DNA of 64,000 nucleotides from Escherichia coli (GTDB lineage Bacteria; Pseudomonadota; Gammaproteobacteria; Enterobacterales; Enterobacteriaceae): NCBI RefSeq assembly GCF_003018115.1, contig NZ_CP027457.1; one strand, 5' to 3'. Shown piece by piece: positions 41,484 to 55,215 of this stretch (position 1 is its first letter; each line of letters starts with the position of its first letter). The notes under the pieces were generated by a model. It saw only the letters and a program-made list of their open reading frames with translations, ran no database searches and was not told where the DNA came from. The position numbers and the translations under genes were made by a program.

Positions 41484-42734
41484 ATGGATGTCATGAGAAG
41501 TGTTCTGGGAATGGTGGTATTGCTGACGATTGCGTTTTTACTGTCAGTAAACAAGAAGAAGATCAGCCTGCGTACCGTTGGCGCGGCGTTAGTGTTACAG
41601 GTCGTGATTGGCGGCATTATGCTTTGGTTACCGCCAGGGCGTTGGGTCGCTGAAAAAGTCGCTTTTGGCGTGCATAAAGTGATGGCGTACAGCGACGCGG
41701 GTAGCGCATTTATCTTCGGTTCTCTGGTCGGACCGAAAATGGACACCTTATTTGACGGCGCAGGATTTATCTTTGGTTTCAGGGTATTACCGGCAATTAT
41801 CTTCGTCACTGCACTGGTGAGTATTCTCTACTACATCGGTGTGATGGGGATCTTAATTCGCATTCTCGGCGGTATCTTCCAGAAAGCGTTAAACATCAGC
41901 AAGATCGAGTCATTCGTCGCGGTCACTACCATTTTCCTCGGGCAAAACGAAATTCCGGCGATTGTGAAGCCCTTTATCGATCGGCTGAATCGCAATGAAT
42001 TATTTACAGCGATTTGTAGCGGCATGGCCTCGATTGCTGGTTCGACAATGATTGGTTATGCCGCACTGGGCGTACCTGTGGAATATTTGCTGGCGGCATC
42101 GTTAATGGCGATCCCAGGCGGAATCTTGTTTGCCCGCCTGTTAAGCCCGGCTACGGAATCTTCGCAGGTTTCTTTTAATAACCTCTCTTTCACCGAAACA
42201 CCGCCAAAAAGCATTATTGAAGCCGCCGCGACAGGGGCAATGACCGGGCTGAAAATCGCCGCAGGTGTGGCGACAGTAGTGATGGCATTTGTCGCCATCA
42301 TTGCGTTAATTAACGGTATTATCGGCGGCGTTGGCGGCTGGTTTGGTTTTGAACATGCCTCGCTGGAGTCCATTTTAGGTTACCTGCTGGCCCCACTGGC
42401 GTGGGTGATGGGTGTTGACTGGAGTGATGCGAATCTTGCCGGGAGTTTGATTGGACAGAAACTGGCAATAAATGAATTTGTCGCTTACCTCAATTTTTCA
42501 CCCTATCTGCAAACGGCTGACACGCTGGATGCTAAAACCGTGGCGATTATTTCCTTCGCGTTGTGCGGTTTCGCTAACTTTGGTTCTATCGGGGTGGTGG
42601 TGGGGGCGTTTTCTGCGGTTGCGCCACACCGTGCGCCGGAAATCGCCCAACTTGGTTTACGCGCGCTGGCGGCGGCGACACTTTCCAATCTGATGAGTGC
42701 CACCATTGCCGGGTTCTTTATTGGTTTAGCGTAG
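41484..42734 (+). CDS. nupX: Nucleoside permease NupX (YeiJ), NupC family
   Basis: ORF track 416 aa. Confidence 0.9.
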   Translation: MDVMRSVLGMVVLLTIAFLLSVNKKKISLRTVGAALVLQVVIGGIMLWLPPGRWVAEKVAFGVHKVMAYSDAGSAFIFGSLVGPKMDTLFDGAGFIFGFRVLPAIIFVTALVSILYYIGVMGILIRILGGIFQKALNISKIESFVAVTTIFLGQNEIPAIVKPFIDRLNRNELFTAICSGMASIAGSTMIGYAALGVPVEYLLAASLMAIPGGILFARLLSPATESSQVSFNNLSFTETPPKSIIEAAATGAMTGLKIAAGVATVVMAFVAIIALINGIIGGVGGWFGFEHASLESILGYLLAPLAWVMGVDWSDANLAGSLIGQKLAINEFVAYLNFSPYLQTADTLDAKTVAIISFALCGFANFGSIGVVVGAFSAVAPHRAPEIAQLGLRALAAATLSNLMSATIAGFFIGLA

Positions 42735-42789
42735 TGTGCGATTTATGAGCCGGATTAGATGGGGTCAAGCGTCGAATCCGGCAACATTG

Positions 42790-43878
42790 TTACATCATTG
42801 GCACTAATGACAGCGCGTTATCGGCAGACAGGGTAGGGTTGTTTAAGCTGCCGCTGGCGCGTGAAATTGCCGCGCAGGCCATCGCAAAACGGGCGCTGTC
42901 ACGGAAATTGTTTCCTTCCAGAAAGCTATATACCAGGCCCGCCATAAAACCATCGTCAGCACCAAAACTGTCTACTGTCGTATGCGCTGGTGCGGTCAGC
43001 AAAAATTGTTCTCCATCCTTTTCGCTGCAATAAACTGACTCATCGGGCAAATAAACAAACAGTTGCTGAACACCTTGCTGATGCAACGCATTCACTGCAG
43101 CATTACGGTCAGCATCGCTGGTGATCGCCTGTCCCCATAAAATTTCCAGCTCCGGTAAAGTGGGTTTCAGGGTGTGAATATGCGCCAGCCAGTGTTTGAT
43201 TTTGCCCGCTTTGAATTCTGAAACGGTATCGACAAACACCGGGATCTCACCAGCGAGGGTAAAGACCCATTCCAGCGCCTCGGCTGTCAGGTTGCAATCA
43301 GCCAGTACCACGCCCGCATGACGAAGTAAATCGCGCGACCCGTTCAGTAGTTGCGGTGTCAACTGTTCCAGCAGATGGGTATCGTTAATCGCCGGCACGG
43401 TTTGATCGTCTCGATTGGCAATTGCCAGATACGTCGATGTGCTTTGACCATGCAAACGAACGCAGCCGGAGACATTCACGCCGGCACGGCGCGTTTCTTC
43501 CAGGAGCATTTCGCCATAAAAGTCATCGCCAATCACTGAAAGCAAATGGACGTCGCGGCCTAACAGCGCCAGATTGTGGGCGATATTGCGTCCAACGCCG
43601 CCTGCCGAGCAATGAATTGTACCGGGATGAGAAGCCGCTTGCGGGTAATGGATATCCGCCATCCCGCGAATATCCATATTGATTGTCCCCACCACTACGC
43701 AGTATTCCTGCTCGGTGAGAATGTAACCTTTGCCTTTAATCCGCCCTTTGCGCATTAAATCCATAATATGCGCCGCAACGCGCGAACGACTGATTTGCAG
43801 CATGTCCGCAATTTCGTTCTGCTGAATCAGCGGGTTACGCCGTAAAATTGCAAGGATCTCCTTTTCCCGGTTATTCAT
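42790..43878 (-). CDS. yeiI: Sugar kinase with N-terminal HTH (YeiI)
   Basis: ORF track 362 aa; paralog of psuK. Confidence 0.9.
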   Translation of the reverse strand: MNNREKEILAILRRNPLIQQNEIADMLQISRSRVAAHIMDLMRKGRIKGKGYILTEQEYCVVVGTINMDIRGMADIHYPQAASHPGTIHCSAGGVGRNIAHNLALLGRDVHLLSVIGDDFYGEMLLEETRRAGVNVSGCVRLHGQSTSTYLAIANRDDQTVPAINDTHLLEQLTPQLLNGSRDLLRHAGVVLADCNLTAEALEWVFTLAGEIPVFVDTVSEFKAGKIKHWLAHIHTLKPTLPELEILWGQAITSDADRNAAVNALHQQGVQQLFVYLPDESVYCSEKDGEQFLLTAPAHTTVDSFGADDGFMAGLVYSFLEGNNFRDSARFAMACAAISRASGSLNNPTLSADNALSLVPMM

Positions 43879-43880
43879 CT

Positions 43881-44738
43881 TCAGGCTACCGCTTTTTCAG
43901 TTTGTTGCGCTTTCAGCCAGGCGATCTCTTCTGCCCAGATATCCGGGTTGATGGTTTCAAGGATCAGCGGAATGCCGTCGAAACGGTCGTCCTGCATGAT
44001 CCAGCGGAACGCATCATGACCGATATTGCCTTCACCGAGGCTATGATGGCGGTCAACGCGGCTGCCAAAGGTGCTTTTCGCATCGTTAAGGTGCATCCCG
44101 CGCAGATACTTAAAGCCGACAATACGGGCAAAATCAGCGAACGTTTTCTCGCATTCGGCTGGAGTACGCAAATCATACCCGGCAGCGAAAGCATGGCAGG
44201 TATCAATGCAGACGCCGACACGGGATTTATCTTCCACGCCGTCGATAATCGCCGCGAGATGTTCGAATTTAAACCCTAAGTTACTGCCCTGACCGGCGGT
44301 GTTTTCAATCACCGCGGTCACACCTTGAGTTTTATCCAGCGCAATGTTGATGGATTCGGCAATACGCGCAAGGCAATCCTCTTCTGAAATCTGCATCAGA
44401 TGGCTGCCAGGGTGGAAGTTGAGCAAAGAAAGCCCTAGTTGTTCGCAACGCTGCATTTCATCTATAAAGGCATCGCGCGATTTTTCCAGAGCTTCAGTGA
44501 CCGGATGTCCGAGGTTAATCAGATAACTGTCGTGGGGAAGAATTTGCGCCGATGTGTAGTGATATTTTTCACAGGCGGCTTTGAATTTATCGATGGTTTG
44601 CGTCGTGAGCGGTGCGGCACGCCACTGACGTTGGTTTTTGGTGAACAAGGCAAACGCGGTTGCGTCGATTTCGGCGGCGCGAATTGCGGCATTTGCCAGA
44701 CCGCCAGCAGCACTAACGTGCGCTCCAATGTATTTCAT
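43881..44738 (-). CDS. nfo: Endonuclease IV
   Basis: ORF track 285 aa. Confidence 0.95.
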   Translation of the reverse strand: MKYIGAHVSAAGGLANAAIRAAEIDATAFALFTKNQRQWRAAPLTTQTIDKFKAACEKYHYTSAQILPHDSYLINLGHPVTEALEKSRDAFIDEMQRCEQLGLSLLNFHPGSHLMQISEEDCLARIAESINIALDKTQGVTAVIENTAGQGSNLGFKFEHLAAIIDGVEDKSRVGVCIDTCHAFAAGYDLRTPAECEKTFADFARIVGFKYLRGMHLNDAKSTFGSRVDRHHSLGEGNIGHDAFRWIMQDDRFDGIPLILETINPDIWAEEIAWLKAQQTEKAVA

Positions 44739-44811
44739 GCGAGGACTCCTGTTAAACCCGCTGGAGGAAAACGGTAATGATAGCGGGTTAACAGGAGCAA
44801 GATGTAGTGGT

Positions 44812-45861
44812 TTATGCGATGACGCTTTGAATCACATAGTTAATCGCACCACCACCAACAATCAGCCAGGCAAACAGTACCAGTGCCATCAGCAGAGGTT
44901 TCGCCCCGGCTTTTTTCAGCGCGCTGACGTGAGTGGTCAGACCCAGCGCCGCCATCGCCATTGCCAGCAGGAAGGTATCCAGCGTTACCAGCATGTTCAC
45001 CACGCTCTGCGGTAACAGGTGGAACGAGTTAAAGATGGCAACTACGATGAACAAGATGGCAAACCACGGAATAGTGATTTTGCTTTTCTCGCCACTGTTC
45101 GCCCCAGACAGCTGTTTAACACGCGCCGCCAGCAGGATGAGGAACGGAGCCAGCATCATCACGCGCAGCATTTTGGAAATAACTGCTGCGTTTTCCGCAT
45201 CCGGGCTGATGGCATGACCTGCTGCCACCACCTGCGCCACTTCGTGCACAGTAGAACCAATGTAGATACCGAAAGTTTCCGGACTAAACCATTGAGACAT
45301 CAGCGGATATATCGCCGGGTAGAGGAAAATCGCGACGGTCCCGAAGATAACAACGGTTGCAACAGCCACGGTTACTTTACTGGCTTCCGCTTTCACTACT
45401 GGCTCAGTCGCCAGTACCGCGGCAGCACCACAGATACTGCTACCGGCACCGATCAACCAGCTGGTGTGCTTATCCAGACCAAACACTTTCTGCCCCAGGA
45501 AGCAAGCCAGCAGGAAGGTACTGGACAGCGTCAGCACGTCAATGATGATCCCACTGATACCAACATCGGCAATTTGCGAGAACGTCAGACGGAAGCCATA
45601 AAGAATGATACCCAGACGTAATAAATATTGCTTGGCAAACAGCACACCACCGTCACAGCTTTTCCAGATGTGCGGATAGATGGTGTTGCCTAAAACCATC
45701 CCCAACAAGATTGCGAGGGTGAGGGCACTAAACCCGGCACCCGCAACCGCGGGAATGGAACCACCCCACAGGGCGACCCCGGTGATAACTGCACTCAGGG
45801 CTAACCCCGGAATAAAATGCCACAGTGTACGATGTTGTTTCTGTAAGGTGATATTCGTCAT
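44812..45861 (-). CDS. yeiH: Inner-membrane protein YeiH (UPF0324)
   Basis: ORF track 349 aa. Confidence 0.9.
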   Translation of the reverse strand: MTNITLQKQHRTLWHFIPGLALSAVITGVALWGGSIPAVAGAGFSALTLAILLGMVLGNTIYPHIWKSCDGGVLFAKQYLLRLGIILYGFRLTFSQIADVGISGIIIDVLTLSSTFLLACFLGQKVFGLDKHTSWLIGAGSSICGAAAVLATEPVVKAEASKVTVAVATVVIFGTVAIFLYPAIYPLMSQWFSPETFGIYIGSTVHEVAQVVAAGHAISPDAENAAVISKMLRVMMLAPFLILLAARVKQLSGANSGEKSKITIPWFAILFIVVAIFNSFHLLPQSVVNMLVTLDTFLLAMAMAALGLTTHVSALKKAGAKPLLMALVLFAWLIVGGGAINYVIQSVIA

Positions 45862-45959
45862 AACCCTCTCCTTTAACCGGGCATAAGGTTACGACTAACT
45901 GGTTTAAAAATAAAATTGATTATATATTTATAATTAATCTTTATAAGTGGTAAGCAACT

Positions 45960-46841
45960 ATGCACATCACCCTCCGGCAGTTGGAAGTTTTTGCAGAAGT
46001 ATTGAAAAGTGGATCAACCACCCAGGCGTCGGTGATGCTGGCGTTGTCGCAATCAGCAGTGAGCGCAGCCTTGACCGACCTGGAAGGGCAGCTTGGCGTG
46101 CAACTGTTTGATCGCGTGGGGAAAAGACTGGTTGTTAATGAACACGGGCGGCTGCTCTATCCGCGTGCGTTGGCATTGCTTGAACAGGCGGTTGAAATCG
46201 AACAACTGTTTCGCGAAGACAACGGCGCGATTCGTATCTATGCCAGTAGTACCATCGGTAACTACATTCTGCCTGCAGTTATCGCCCGTTATCGCCATGA
46301 TTATCCGCAGTTGCCGATTGAACTTAGCGTTGGGAACAGCCAGGACGTGATGCAAGCGGTGCTGGATTTCCGCGTTGATATTGGCTTTATTGAAGGACCG
46401 TGCCACAGCACTGAAATCATTTCTGAACCGTGGCTGGAAGACGAGCTGGTGGTTTTCGCCGCGCCGACTTCGCCGTTGGCCCGTGGTCCGGTCACCTTAG
46501 AACAGCTGGCCGCTGCGCCGTGGATCCTGCGTGAACGCGGTTCCGGCACGCGGGAGATTGTCGATTATCTGTTGCTGTCACATTTACCGAAGTTTGAGAT
46601 GGCGATGGAATTAGGTAACTCCGAGGCAATCAAACATGCGGTGCGTCATGGGTTGGGAATTAGTTGCCTGTCGCGACGTGTGATTGAAGATCAATTGCAG
46701 GCAGGCACATTAAGTGAAGTTGCGGTCCCTCTGCCGCGCCTGATGCGTACGTTGTGGCGTATACATCATCGGCAAAAACACCTTTCCAACGCGCTACGGC
46801 GCTTTCTGGACTATTGCGATCCCGCAAATGTGCCGCGTTAA
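45960..46841 (+). CDS. yeiE: LysR-family transcriptional regulator YeiE
   Basis: ORF track 293 aa. Confidence 0.9.
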
Positions 46842-47045
46842 GTTGCTGTACAAGAACATGCTGGTGCTGTGTCGATTTCGTGACGCAGCGCCTTCAGCAT
46901 GCATTCGCCAGAAAAGAGATTGGCTGCTTTACTTATAATCCCTGGGCGATCATGAAGGTGTCTTATAACCGTGTATTTCTGCCGGAAGGATTGCCAATCG
47001 TCTGCTACAATCGCGCCTCATTTTTTAGATGGATAGCATTTTTGT

Positions 47046-48515
47046 ATGGTTTCCGAAACTAAAACCACAGAAGCGCCGGGCTTACGCCGTGAATTAAAGG
47101 CGCGTCACCTGACGATGATTGCCATTGGTGGTTCCATCGGTACAGGTCTTTTTGTTGCCTCTGGCGCAACGATTTCTCAGGCAGGTCCGGGCGGGGCATT
47201 GCTCTCGTATATGTTGATTGGCCTGATGGTTTACTTCCTGATGACCAGTCTCGGTGAACTGGCTGCATATATGCCGGTTTCCGGTTCGTTTGCCACTTAT
47301 GGTCAGAACTATGTTGAAGAAGGCTTTGGCTTCGCGCTGGGCTGGAACTATTGGTACAACTGGGCGGTGACTATCGCCGTTGACCTGGTTGCAGCTCAGC
47401 TGGTCATGAGCTGGTGGTTCCCGGATACACCGGGCTGGATCTGGAGTGCGCTGTTCCTCGGCGTTATCTTCCTGCTGAACTACATCTCAGTTCGCGGCTT
47501 TGGTGAAGCGGAATACTGGTTCTCACTGATCAAAGTCACGACAGTTATTGTCTTTATCATCGTTGGCGTGCTGATGATTATCGGTATCTTCAAAGGCGCG
47601 CAGCCTGCGGGCTGGAGCAACTGGACAATCGGGGAAGCGCCGTTTGCTGGTGGTTTTGCGGCGATGATCGGCGTAGCTATGATTGTCGGCTTCTCTTTCC
47701 AGGGAACCGAGCTGATCGGTATTGCTGCAGGCGAGTCCGAAGATCCGGGGAAAAACATTCCACGCGCGGTACGTCAGGTGTTCTGGCGAATCCTGTTGTT
47801 CTATGTGTTCGCGATTCTGATTATCAGCCTGATTATTCCGTACACCGATCCAAGCCTGCTACGTAACGATGTTAAAGACATCAGCGTTAGTCCGTTCACC
47901 CTGGTGTTCCAGCACGCGGGTCTGCTCTCTGCGGCGGCGGTGATGAACGCAGTTATTCTGACGGCGGTGCTGTCAGCGGGTAACTCCGGTATGTATGCGT
48001 CTACTCGTATGCTGTACACCCTGGCGTGTGACGGTAAAGCGCCGCGCATTTTCGCTAAACTGTCGCGTGGTGGCGTGCCGCGTAATGCGCTGTATGCGAC
48101 GACGGTGATTGCCGGTCTGTGCTTCCTGACCTCCATGTTTGGCAACCAGACGGTATACCTGTGGCTGCTGAACACCTCCGGGATGACGGGTTTTATCGCC
48201 TGGCTGGGGATTGCCATTAGCCACTATCGCTTCCGTCGCGGTTACGTATTGCAGGGACACGACATTAACGATCTGCCGTACCGTTCAGGTTTCTTCCCAC
48301 TGGGTCCGATCTTCGCATTCATTCTGTGTCTGATTATCACTTTGGGCCAGAACTACGAAGCATTCCTGAAAGATACCATTGACTGGGGCGGCGTAGCGGC
48401 AACGTATATTGGTATCCCGCTGTTCCTGATTATTTGGTTCGGCTACAAGCTGATTAAAGGAACCCACTTCGTACGCTACAGCGAAATGAAGTTCCCGCAG
48501 AACGATAAGAAATAA
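47046..48515 (+). CDS. lysP: Lysine-specific permease
   Basis: ORF track 489 aa. Confidence 0.95.
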   Translation: MVSETKTTEAPGLRRELKARHLTMIAIGGSIGTGLFVASGATISQAGPGGALLSYMLIGLMVYFLMTSLGELAAYMPVSGSFATYGQNYVEEGFGFALGWNYWYNWAVTIAVDLVAAQLVMSWWFPDTPGWIWSALFLGVIFLLNYISVRGFGEAEYWFSLIKVTTVIVFIIVGVLMIIGIFKGAQPAGWSNWTIGEAPFAGGFAAMIGVAMIVGFSFQGTELIGIAAGESEDPGKNIPRAVRQVFWRILLFYVFAILIISLIIPYTDPSLLRNDVKDISVSPFTLVFQHAGLLSAAAVMNAVILTAVLSAGNSGMYASTRMLYTLACDGKAPRIFAKLSRGGVPRNALYATTVIAGLCFLTSMFGNQTVYLWLLNTSGMTGFIAWLGIAISHYRFRRGYVLQGHDINDLPYRSGFFPLGPIFAFILCLIITLGQNYEAFLKDTIDWGGVAATYIGIPLFLIIWFGYKLIKGTHFVRYSEMKFPQNDKK

Positions 48516-48612
48516 GTTTCTCCCTTCCTTGCTAAGCCCTCTCAACCGAGAGGGCTTTTTCAATTCCATTTCCCTGACAAATCATGCGGATATAAAATTT
48601 AACATTTGGATT

Positions 48613-48640
48613 GATAATTGTTATCGTTTGCATTATCGTT
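48613..48640. promoter_or_regulatory. Fur box-like sequence upstream of cirA (GATAATTGTTATCGTTTGCATTATCG)
   Basis: Resembles the Fur consensus GATAATGATAATCATTATC. Confidence 0.6.
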
Positions 48641-48806
48641 ACGCCGCAATCAAAAAAGGCTGACAAATCAGAGGCTGGTCCGGCTTTCTGGGATGATCAC
48701 CTGCATACAAATAAGTCCACCGCGATGCTGCCGTACGCAAGGGGACGTGAAGAAGATGTGAGCGATAACCCATTTTATTTTCGTAGTTACCTCATGGAGA
48801 TATGGA

Positions 48807-50786
48807 ATGTTTAGGTTGAACCCTTTCGTACGGGTCGGGCTGTGTTTGTCCGCTATTTCTTGTGCATGGCCTGTGTTAGCGGTCGATGACGATGGCGAAA
48901 CGATGGTTGTCACTGCATCTTCCGTTGAACAAAACCTTAAAGATGCACCCGCCAGTATCAGCGTCATTACCCAGGAAGACCTGCAGCGAAAACCGGTACA
49001 GAATCTGAAAGATGTCCTCAAAGAAGTGCCTGGCGTACAACTGACGAACGAAGGGGATAACCGTAAGGGCGTTAGTATTCGTGGTCTGGACAGCAGCTAC
49101 ACCCTGATTCTTGTCGACGGTAAACGCGTTAACTCCCGCAATGCCGTCTTCCGCCACAATGATTTCGATCTGAACTGGATCCCGGTCGATTCCATCGAAC
49201 GTATTGAAGTGGTCCGTGGCCCGATGTCGTCGCTGTACGGTTCCGATGCGCTCGGCGGTGTAGTGAATATCATCACCAAAAAAATCGGTCAGAAATGGTC
49301 GGGTACCGTTACCGTCGATACCACCATTCAGGAACATCGCGATCGCGGTGATACCTATAACGGTCAGTTCTTTACCAGTGGACCATTAATTGATGGTGTG
49401 CTGGGAATGAAAGCTTACGGCAGCCTGGCAAAACGTGAAAAGGATGACCCGCAAAACTCAACGACCACCGATACCGGAGAAACGCCGCGTATTGAAGGAT
49501 TCTCCAGCCGCGACGGCAATGTCGAATTTGCCTGGACACCGAATCAAAATCACGATTTTACTGCCGGATACGGTTTCGACCGTCAGGATCGTGATTCCGA
49601 CTCGCTGGACAAAAACCGCCTGGAACGCCAGAACTACTCCGTCAGCCATAATGGGCGTTGGGATTACGGCACCAGCGAACTGAAATACTACGGTGAGAAA
49701 GTCGAGAACAAAAACCCTGGCAACAGCAGCCCGATAACTTCCGAAAGCAATACGGTCGACGGCAAATACACGTTGCCGCTGACGGCGATTAATCAGTTTC
49801 TCACGGTTGGCGGTGAATGGCGTCACGACAAACTTAGCGATGCGGTGAACCTGACCGGGGGAACCAGCTCCAAAACGTCTGCCAGCCAGTACGCGCTGTT
49901 TGTGGAAGATGAATGGCGGATCTTCGAGCCGCTGGCGCTGACGACCGGCGTGCGTATGGACGATCACGAAACCTACGGTGAACACTGGAGTCCGCGTGCC
50001 TACCTGGTTTATAACGCCACCGACACCGTAACGGTGAAAGGGGGCTGGGCGACGGCATTTAAAGCACCTTCTCTGTTGCAACTTAGCCCTGACTGGACGA
50101 GCAATTCCTGCCGTGGCGCATGTAAGATTGTGGGTAGCCCGGATCTGAAACCAGAAACCAGCGAAAGTTGGGAGCTGGGGCTTTACTACATGGGTGAAGA
50201 AGGCTGGCTGGAAGGGGTTGAATCCAGCGTTACCGTTTTCCGTAACGATGTGAAAGATCGTATCAGCATCAGCCGTACGTCTGACGTCAATGCTGCACCG
50301 GGCTACCAAAACTTTGTTGGTTTTACAGCGAACGGTGTGCCGGTATTTAGCTACTACAACGTTAACAAAGCACGTATTCAGGGCGTGGAAACCGAACTGA
50401 AAATTCCGTTCAACGATGAATGGAAACTGTCGATCAACTACACCTACAACGATGGTCGTGATGTCAGCAACGGCGAAAACAAACCGCTATCCGATCTGCC
50501 GTTCCATACTGCTAACGGTACGCTGGACTGGAAACCGCTGGCGCTGGAAGACTGGTCATTCTATGTTTCTGGTCACTATACCGGGCAGAAACGCGCCGAC
50601 AGCGCGACGGCTAAAACACCGGGCGGTTATACCATCTGGAATACCGGCGCGGCCTGGCAGGTGACTAAAGACGTCAAACTGCGCGCAGGCGTGCTGAACC
50701 TTGGCGACAAGGATCTCAGTCGTGACGACTACAGCTATAACGAAGACGGACGTCGTTACTTTATGGCAGTGGATTATCGCTTCTGA
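48807..50786 (+). CDS. cirA: TonB-dependent catecholate siderophore / colicin I receptor
   Basis: ORF track 659 aa; terminal ...DYRF. Confidence 0.95.
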   Translation: MFRLNPFVRVGLCLSAISCAWPVLAVDDDGETMVVTASSVEQNLKDAPASISVITQEDLQRKPVQNLKDVLKEVPGVQLTNEGDNRKGVSIRGLDSSYTLILVDGKRVNSRNAVFRHNDFDLNWIPVDSIERIEVVRGPMSSLYGSDALGGVVNIITKKIGQKWSGTVTVDTTIQEHRDRGDTYNGQFFTSGPLIDGVLGMKAYGSLAKREKDDPQNSTTTDTGETPRIEGFSSRDGNVEFAWTPNQNHDFTAGYGFDRQDRDSDSLDKNRLERQNYSVSHNGRWDYGTSELKYYGEKVENKNPGNSSPITSESNTVDGKYTLPLTAINQFLTVGGEWRHDKLSDAVNLTGGTSSKTSASQYALFVEDEWRIFEPLALTTGVRMDDHETYGEHWSPRAYLVYNATDTVTVKGGWATAFKAPSLLQLSPDWTSNSCRGACKIVGSPDLKPETSESWELGLYYMGEEGWLEGVESSVTVFRNDVKDRISISRTSDVNAAPGYQNFVGFTANGVPVFSYYNVNKARIQGVETELKIPFNDEWKLSINYTYNDGRDVSNGENKPLSDLPFHTANGTLDWKPLALEDWSFYVSGHYTGQKRADSATAKTPGGYTIWNTGAAWQVTKDVKLRAGVLNLGDKDLSRDDYSYNEDGRRYFMAVDYRF

Positions 50787-50817
50787 TGAGAAGATGCCCG
50801 GCGAACCGGGCGGACTT

Positions 50818-51687
<870 letters not shown>

Positions 51688-51911
51688 TCATCATACCGTT
51701 TATTCAATGTGCTGTGAGTAACTTTCACTTCCGTATTTGCATAACGATGTTTTAACATCTGCTGATGAAAGGCAGCGGCAATTACAATAATTATCGCTGT
51801 GAATACTGGATTATGTGCGCCGCCTCACGCACAATAATCAGGCTGTAAATCAGCTTAATAACTTTGCCCCCACGCAGGGCGGAGGCGTCACACCTGCAGG
51901 AGAAATCATAA

Positions 51912-52580
51912 ATGCCATCACTCAGTAAAGAAGCGGCCCTGGTTCATGAAGCGTTAGTTGCGCGAGGACTGGAAACACCGCTGCGCCCGCCCGTGCATGA
52001 AATGGATAACGAAACGCGCAAAAGCCTTATTGCTGGTCATATGACCGAAATCATGCAGCTGCTGAATCTCGACCTGGCTGATGACAGTTTGATGGAAACG
52101 CCGCATCGCATCGCTAAAATGTATGTCGATGAAATTTTCTCCGGTCTGGATTACGCCAACTTCCCGAAAATCACCCTCATTGAAAACAAAATGAAGGTCG
52201 ATGAAATGGTCACCGTGCGCGATATCACTCTGACCAGTACCTGTGAACACCATTTTGTTACCATCGATGGCAAAGCGACGGTGGCTTATATCCCGAAAGA
52301 TTCGGTGATCGGTCTGTCAAAAATTAACCGTATCGTGCAGTTCTTTGCCCAGCGTCCGCAGGTGCAGGAACGTCTGACGCAGCAAATTCTCATTGCGCTA
52401 CAAACGCTACTGGGCACCAATAACGTGGCTGTCTCTATCGACGCGGTGCATTATTGCGTGAAGGCCCGTGGCATCCGCGATGCAACCAGTGCCACGACAA
52501 CGACCTCTCTTGGTGGATTGTTCAAATCCAGTCAGAATACGCGCCACGAGTTTCTGCGCGCTGTGCGTCATCACAACTGA
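51912..52580 (+). CDS. folE: GTP cyclohydrolase I
   Basis: ORF track 222 aa. Confidence 0.95.
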
Positions 52581-52596
52581 TTAAAAGGCAGGAACC

Positions 52597-53754
52597 ATGG
52601 AGCGCAACGTCACGCTCGATTTTGTTCGCGGCGTCGCCATTCTGGGGATCCTGCTATTAAACATCAGCGCCTTTGGGCTACCAAAGGCGGCTTATCTCAA
52701 TCCCGCCTGGTACGGTGCTATTACGCCGCAGGATGCATGGACCTGGGCATTTCTTGATCTCATCGGCCAGGTGAAATTCCTCACGCTTTTTGCGCTGCTG
52801 TTTGGTGCTGGACTGCAAATGTTGCTGCCCCGTGGCAGACGCTGGATCCAGTCGCGGTTAACGCTGTTAGTCTTATTGGGCTTTATTCACGGTTTATTGT
52901 TCTGGGACGGCGATATTCTGCTGGCTTACGGGCTGGTGGGCTTAATCTGCTGGCGGCTGGTGCGCGATGCGCCATCGGTAAAAAGCCTGTTTAATACCGG
53001 CGTCATGCTTTATCTGGTGGGGCTTGGCGTTTTGCTGTTATTGGGGCTGATTTCCGACAGCCAGACCAGCCGCGCCTGGACGCCGGATGCATCGGCTATT
53101 TTGTATGAAAAATACTGGAAGCTTCACGGCGGCGTTGATGCGATCAGTAATCGTGCCGATGGTGTTGGCAACAGTTTACTGGCACTGGGCGCACAGTATG
53201 GCTGGCAACTGGCTGGGATGATGCTCATTGGTGCGGCGCTGATGCGCAGCGGCTGGCTGAAAGGGCAGTTCAGCTTACGTCACTATCGTCGTACTGGTTT
53301 TGTGCTGGTGGCGATTGGGGTGACCATTAACCTTCCTGCCATCGCCCTGCAATGGCAGCTGGACTGGGCGTATCGCTGGTGTGCCTTCTTACTTCAAATG
53401 CCGCGGGAACTGAGTGCGCCGTTTCAGGCGATTGGCTATGCGTCGCTGTTTTATGGTTTCTGGCCGCAATTGAGCCGCTTTAAGCTGGTGCTGGCGATCG
53501 CCTGCGTCGGACGGATGGCGCTGACCAACTATCTATTGCAAACGCTGATTTGTACCACGCTTTTTTACCACCTCGGTCTGTTTATGCAGTTTGACCGTCT
53601 GGAATTGCTGGCGTTTGTTATTCCGGTATGGCTGGCGAATATTCTCTTCTCTGTTATCTGGCTGCGTTACTTCCGCCAGGGGCCGGTGGAATGGCTCTGG
53701 CGTCAGTTAACTTTGCGTGCTGCCGGACCGGCAATATCTAAAACATCAAGATAA
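52597..53754 (+). CDS. yeiB: Inner-membrane protein YeiB (DUF418)
   Basis: ORF track 385 aa. Confidence 0.9.
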   Translation: MERNVTLDFVRGVAILGILLLNISAFGLPKAAYLNPAWYGAITPQDAWTWAFLDLIGQVKFLTLFALLFGAGLQMLLPRGRRWIQSRLTLLVLLGFIHGLLFWDGDILLAYGLVGLICWRLVRDAPSVKSLFNTGVMLYLVGLGVLLLLGLISDSQTSRAWTPDASAILYEKYWKLHGGVDAISNRADGVGNSLLALGAQYGWQLAGMMLIGAALMRSGWLKGQFSLRHYRRTGFVLVAIGVTINLPAIALQWQLDWAYRWCAFLLQMPRELSAPFQAIGYASLFYGFWPQLSRFKLVLAIACVGRMALTNYLLQTLICTTLFYHLGLFMQFDRLELLAFVIPVWLANILFSVIWLRYFRQGPVEWLWRQLTLRAAGPAISKTSR

Positions 53755-53895
53755 CGATCTGGATCACATTCGTTAACAAAATGGCTGTAACCGTTTCCAT
53801 TGCTGTGACTCGATTCACGAAGTCCTGTATTCAGTGCTGACAAAATAGCCGCCAGCAAGCAGTCATTTACTGCAATCTCATAACAGGTAGTGAAT

Positions 53896-54936
53896 ATGAT
53901 CACCATTCGTGATGTAGCGCGTCAGGCTGGCGTCTCTGTGGCAACGGTTTCCCGGGTGCTCAATAACAGCACGCTGGTCAGTGCCGACACGCGTGAAGCA
54001 GTAATGAAAGCCGTGAGTGAGCTGGATTATCGGCCAAACGCCAATGCCCAGGCGCTGGCAACTCAGGTTAGCGACACCATTGGCGTGGTGGTGATGGACG
54101 TTTCTGATGCGTTTTTCGGCGCGCTGGTAAAAGCGGTGGATCTAGTCGCTCAGCAGCATCAGAAATACGTGCTAATCGGCAATAGCTATCATGAAGCGGA
54201 AAAAGAGCGTCACGCCATTGAGGTGTTAATTCGCCAGCGTTGTAATGCGTTGATTGTTCACTCAAAAGCATTGAGTGACGATGAACTGGCGCAATTTATG
54301 GATAACATTCCCGGTATGGTGTTAATCAACCGCGTTGTGCCGGGGTACGCCCATCGTTGCGTTTGCCTGGATAATCTCAGCGGTGCCCGAATGGCGACGC
54401 GCATGTTGCTGAATAACGGTCATCAACGTATTGGTTATCTTTCTTCCAGTCACGGCATTGAAGATGACGCCATGCGTAAAGCAGGCTGGATGAGTGCGTT
54501 GAAAGAGCAGGATATTATTCCGCCGGAAAGCTGGATTGGCACTGGTACGCCGGACATGCCGGGCGGTGAGGCGGCGATGGTTGAACTGCTGGGGCGCAAT
54601 CTACAACTTACCGCTGTATTTGCTTATAACGACAATATGGCCGCTGGCGCACTGACAGCATTAAAAGATAATGGCATTGCGATTCCGTTACATCTCTCAA
54701 TCATCGGTTTCGATGATATTCCCATCGCCCGTTACACCGACCCGCAATTAACGACCGTGCGTTATCCCATTGCTTCAATGGCTAAATTAGCCACCGAACT
54801 GGCCTTGCAGGGGGCAGCAGGCAATATTGATCCTCGTGCCAGCCACTGTTTTATGCCGACGTTAGTGCGTCGCCATTCTGTCGCAACGCGCCAGAATGCG
54901 GCGGCGATCACTAACTCAACAAATCAGGCGATGTAA
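53896..54936 (+). CDS. galS: Galactose isorepressor GalS (LacI family)
   Basis: ORF track frame; start [14 protein letters not shown]. Confidence 0.9.
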   Translation: MITIRDVARQAGVSVATVSRVLNNSTLVSADTREAVMKAVSELDYRPNANAQALATQVSDTIGVVVMDVSDAFFGALVKAVDLVAQQHQKYVLIGNSYHEAEKERHAIEVLIRQRCNALIVHSKALSDDELAQFMDNIPGMVLINRVVPGYAHRCVCLDNLSGARMATRMLLNNGHQRIGYLSSSHGIEDDAMRKAGWMSALKEQDIIPPESWIGTGTPDMPGGEAAMVELLGRNLQLTAVFAYNDNMAAGALTALKDNGIAIPLHLSIIGFDDIPIARYTDPQLTTVRYPIASMAKLATELALQGAAGNIDPRASHCFMPTLVRRHSVATRQNAAAITNSTNQAM

Positions 54937-54946
54937 CCGCTTTCAA
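54931..54946. promoter_or_regulatory. GalS/GalR operator-like site (ATGTAACCGCTTTCAA) upstream of mglB
   Basis: Close to the gal operator consensus GTGNAANCGNTTNCAC; overlaps galS stop. Confidence 0.4.
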
Positions 54947-54948
54947 TC

Positions 54949-54964
54949 TGTGAGTGATTTCACA
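54949..54964. promoter_or_regulatory. CRP binding site TGTGAGTGATTTCACA in the mgl promoter
   Basis: Matches the TGTGA-N6-TCACA consensus. Confidence 0.7.
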
Positions 54965-55215
54965 GTATCTTAATAATGTGATAGCTATGATTGCACCGTT
55001 TTAACGTTGTAACCCGTATGTAACAGTGAATAATCACTTTCACCGAGGTAATAGCGTCATAACAACAATTAAAGCCGTTTTCTGGAGCGTTACCGGGCAT
55101 GGAAGAACGAATTTTAAAAAGTGAGCTTCGGCGTTCAGTAACACTTCATTAACTCTACTGCCCCGCCGAGCATTTATCTCAAGCACTACCCTGCATAAGA
55201 AAAACCGGAGATACC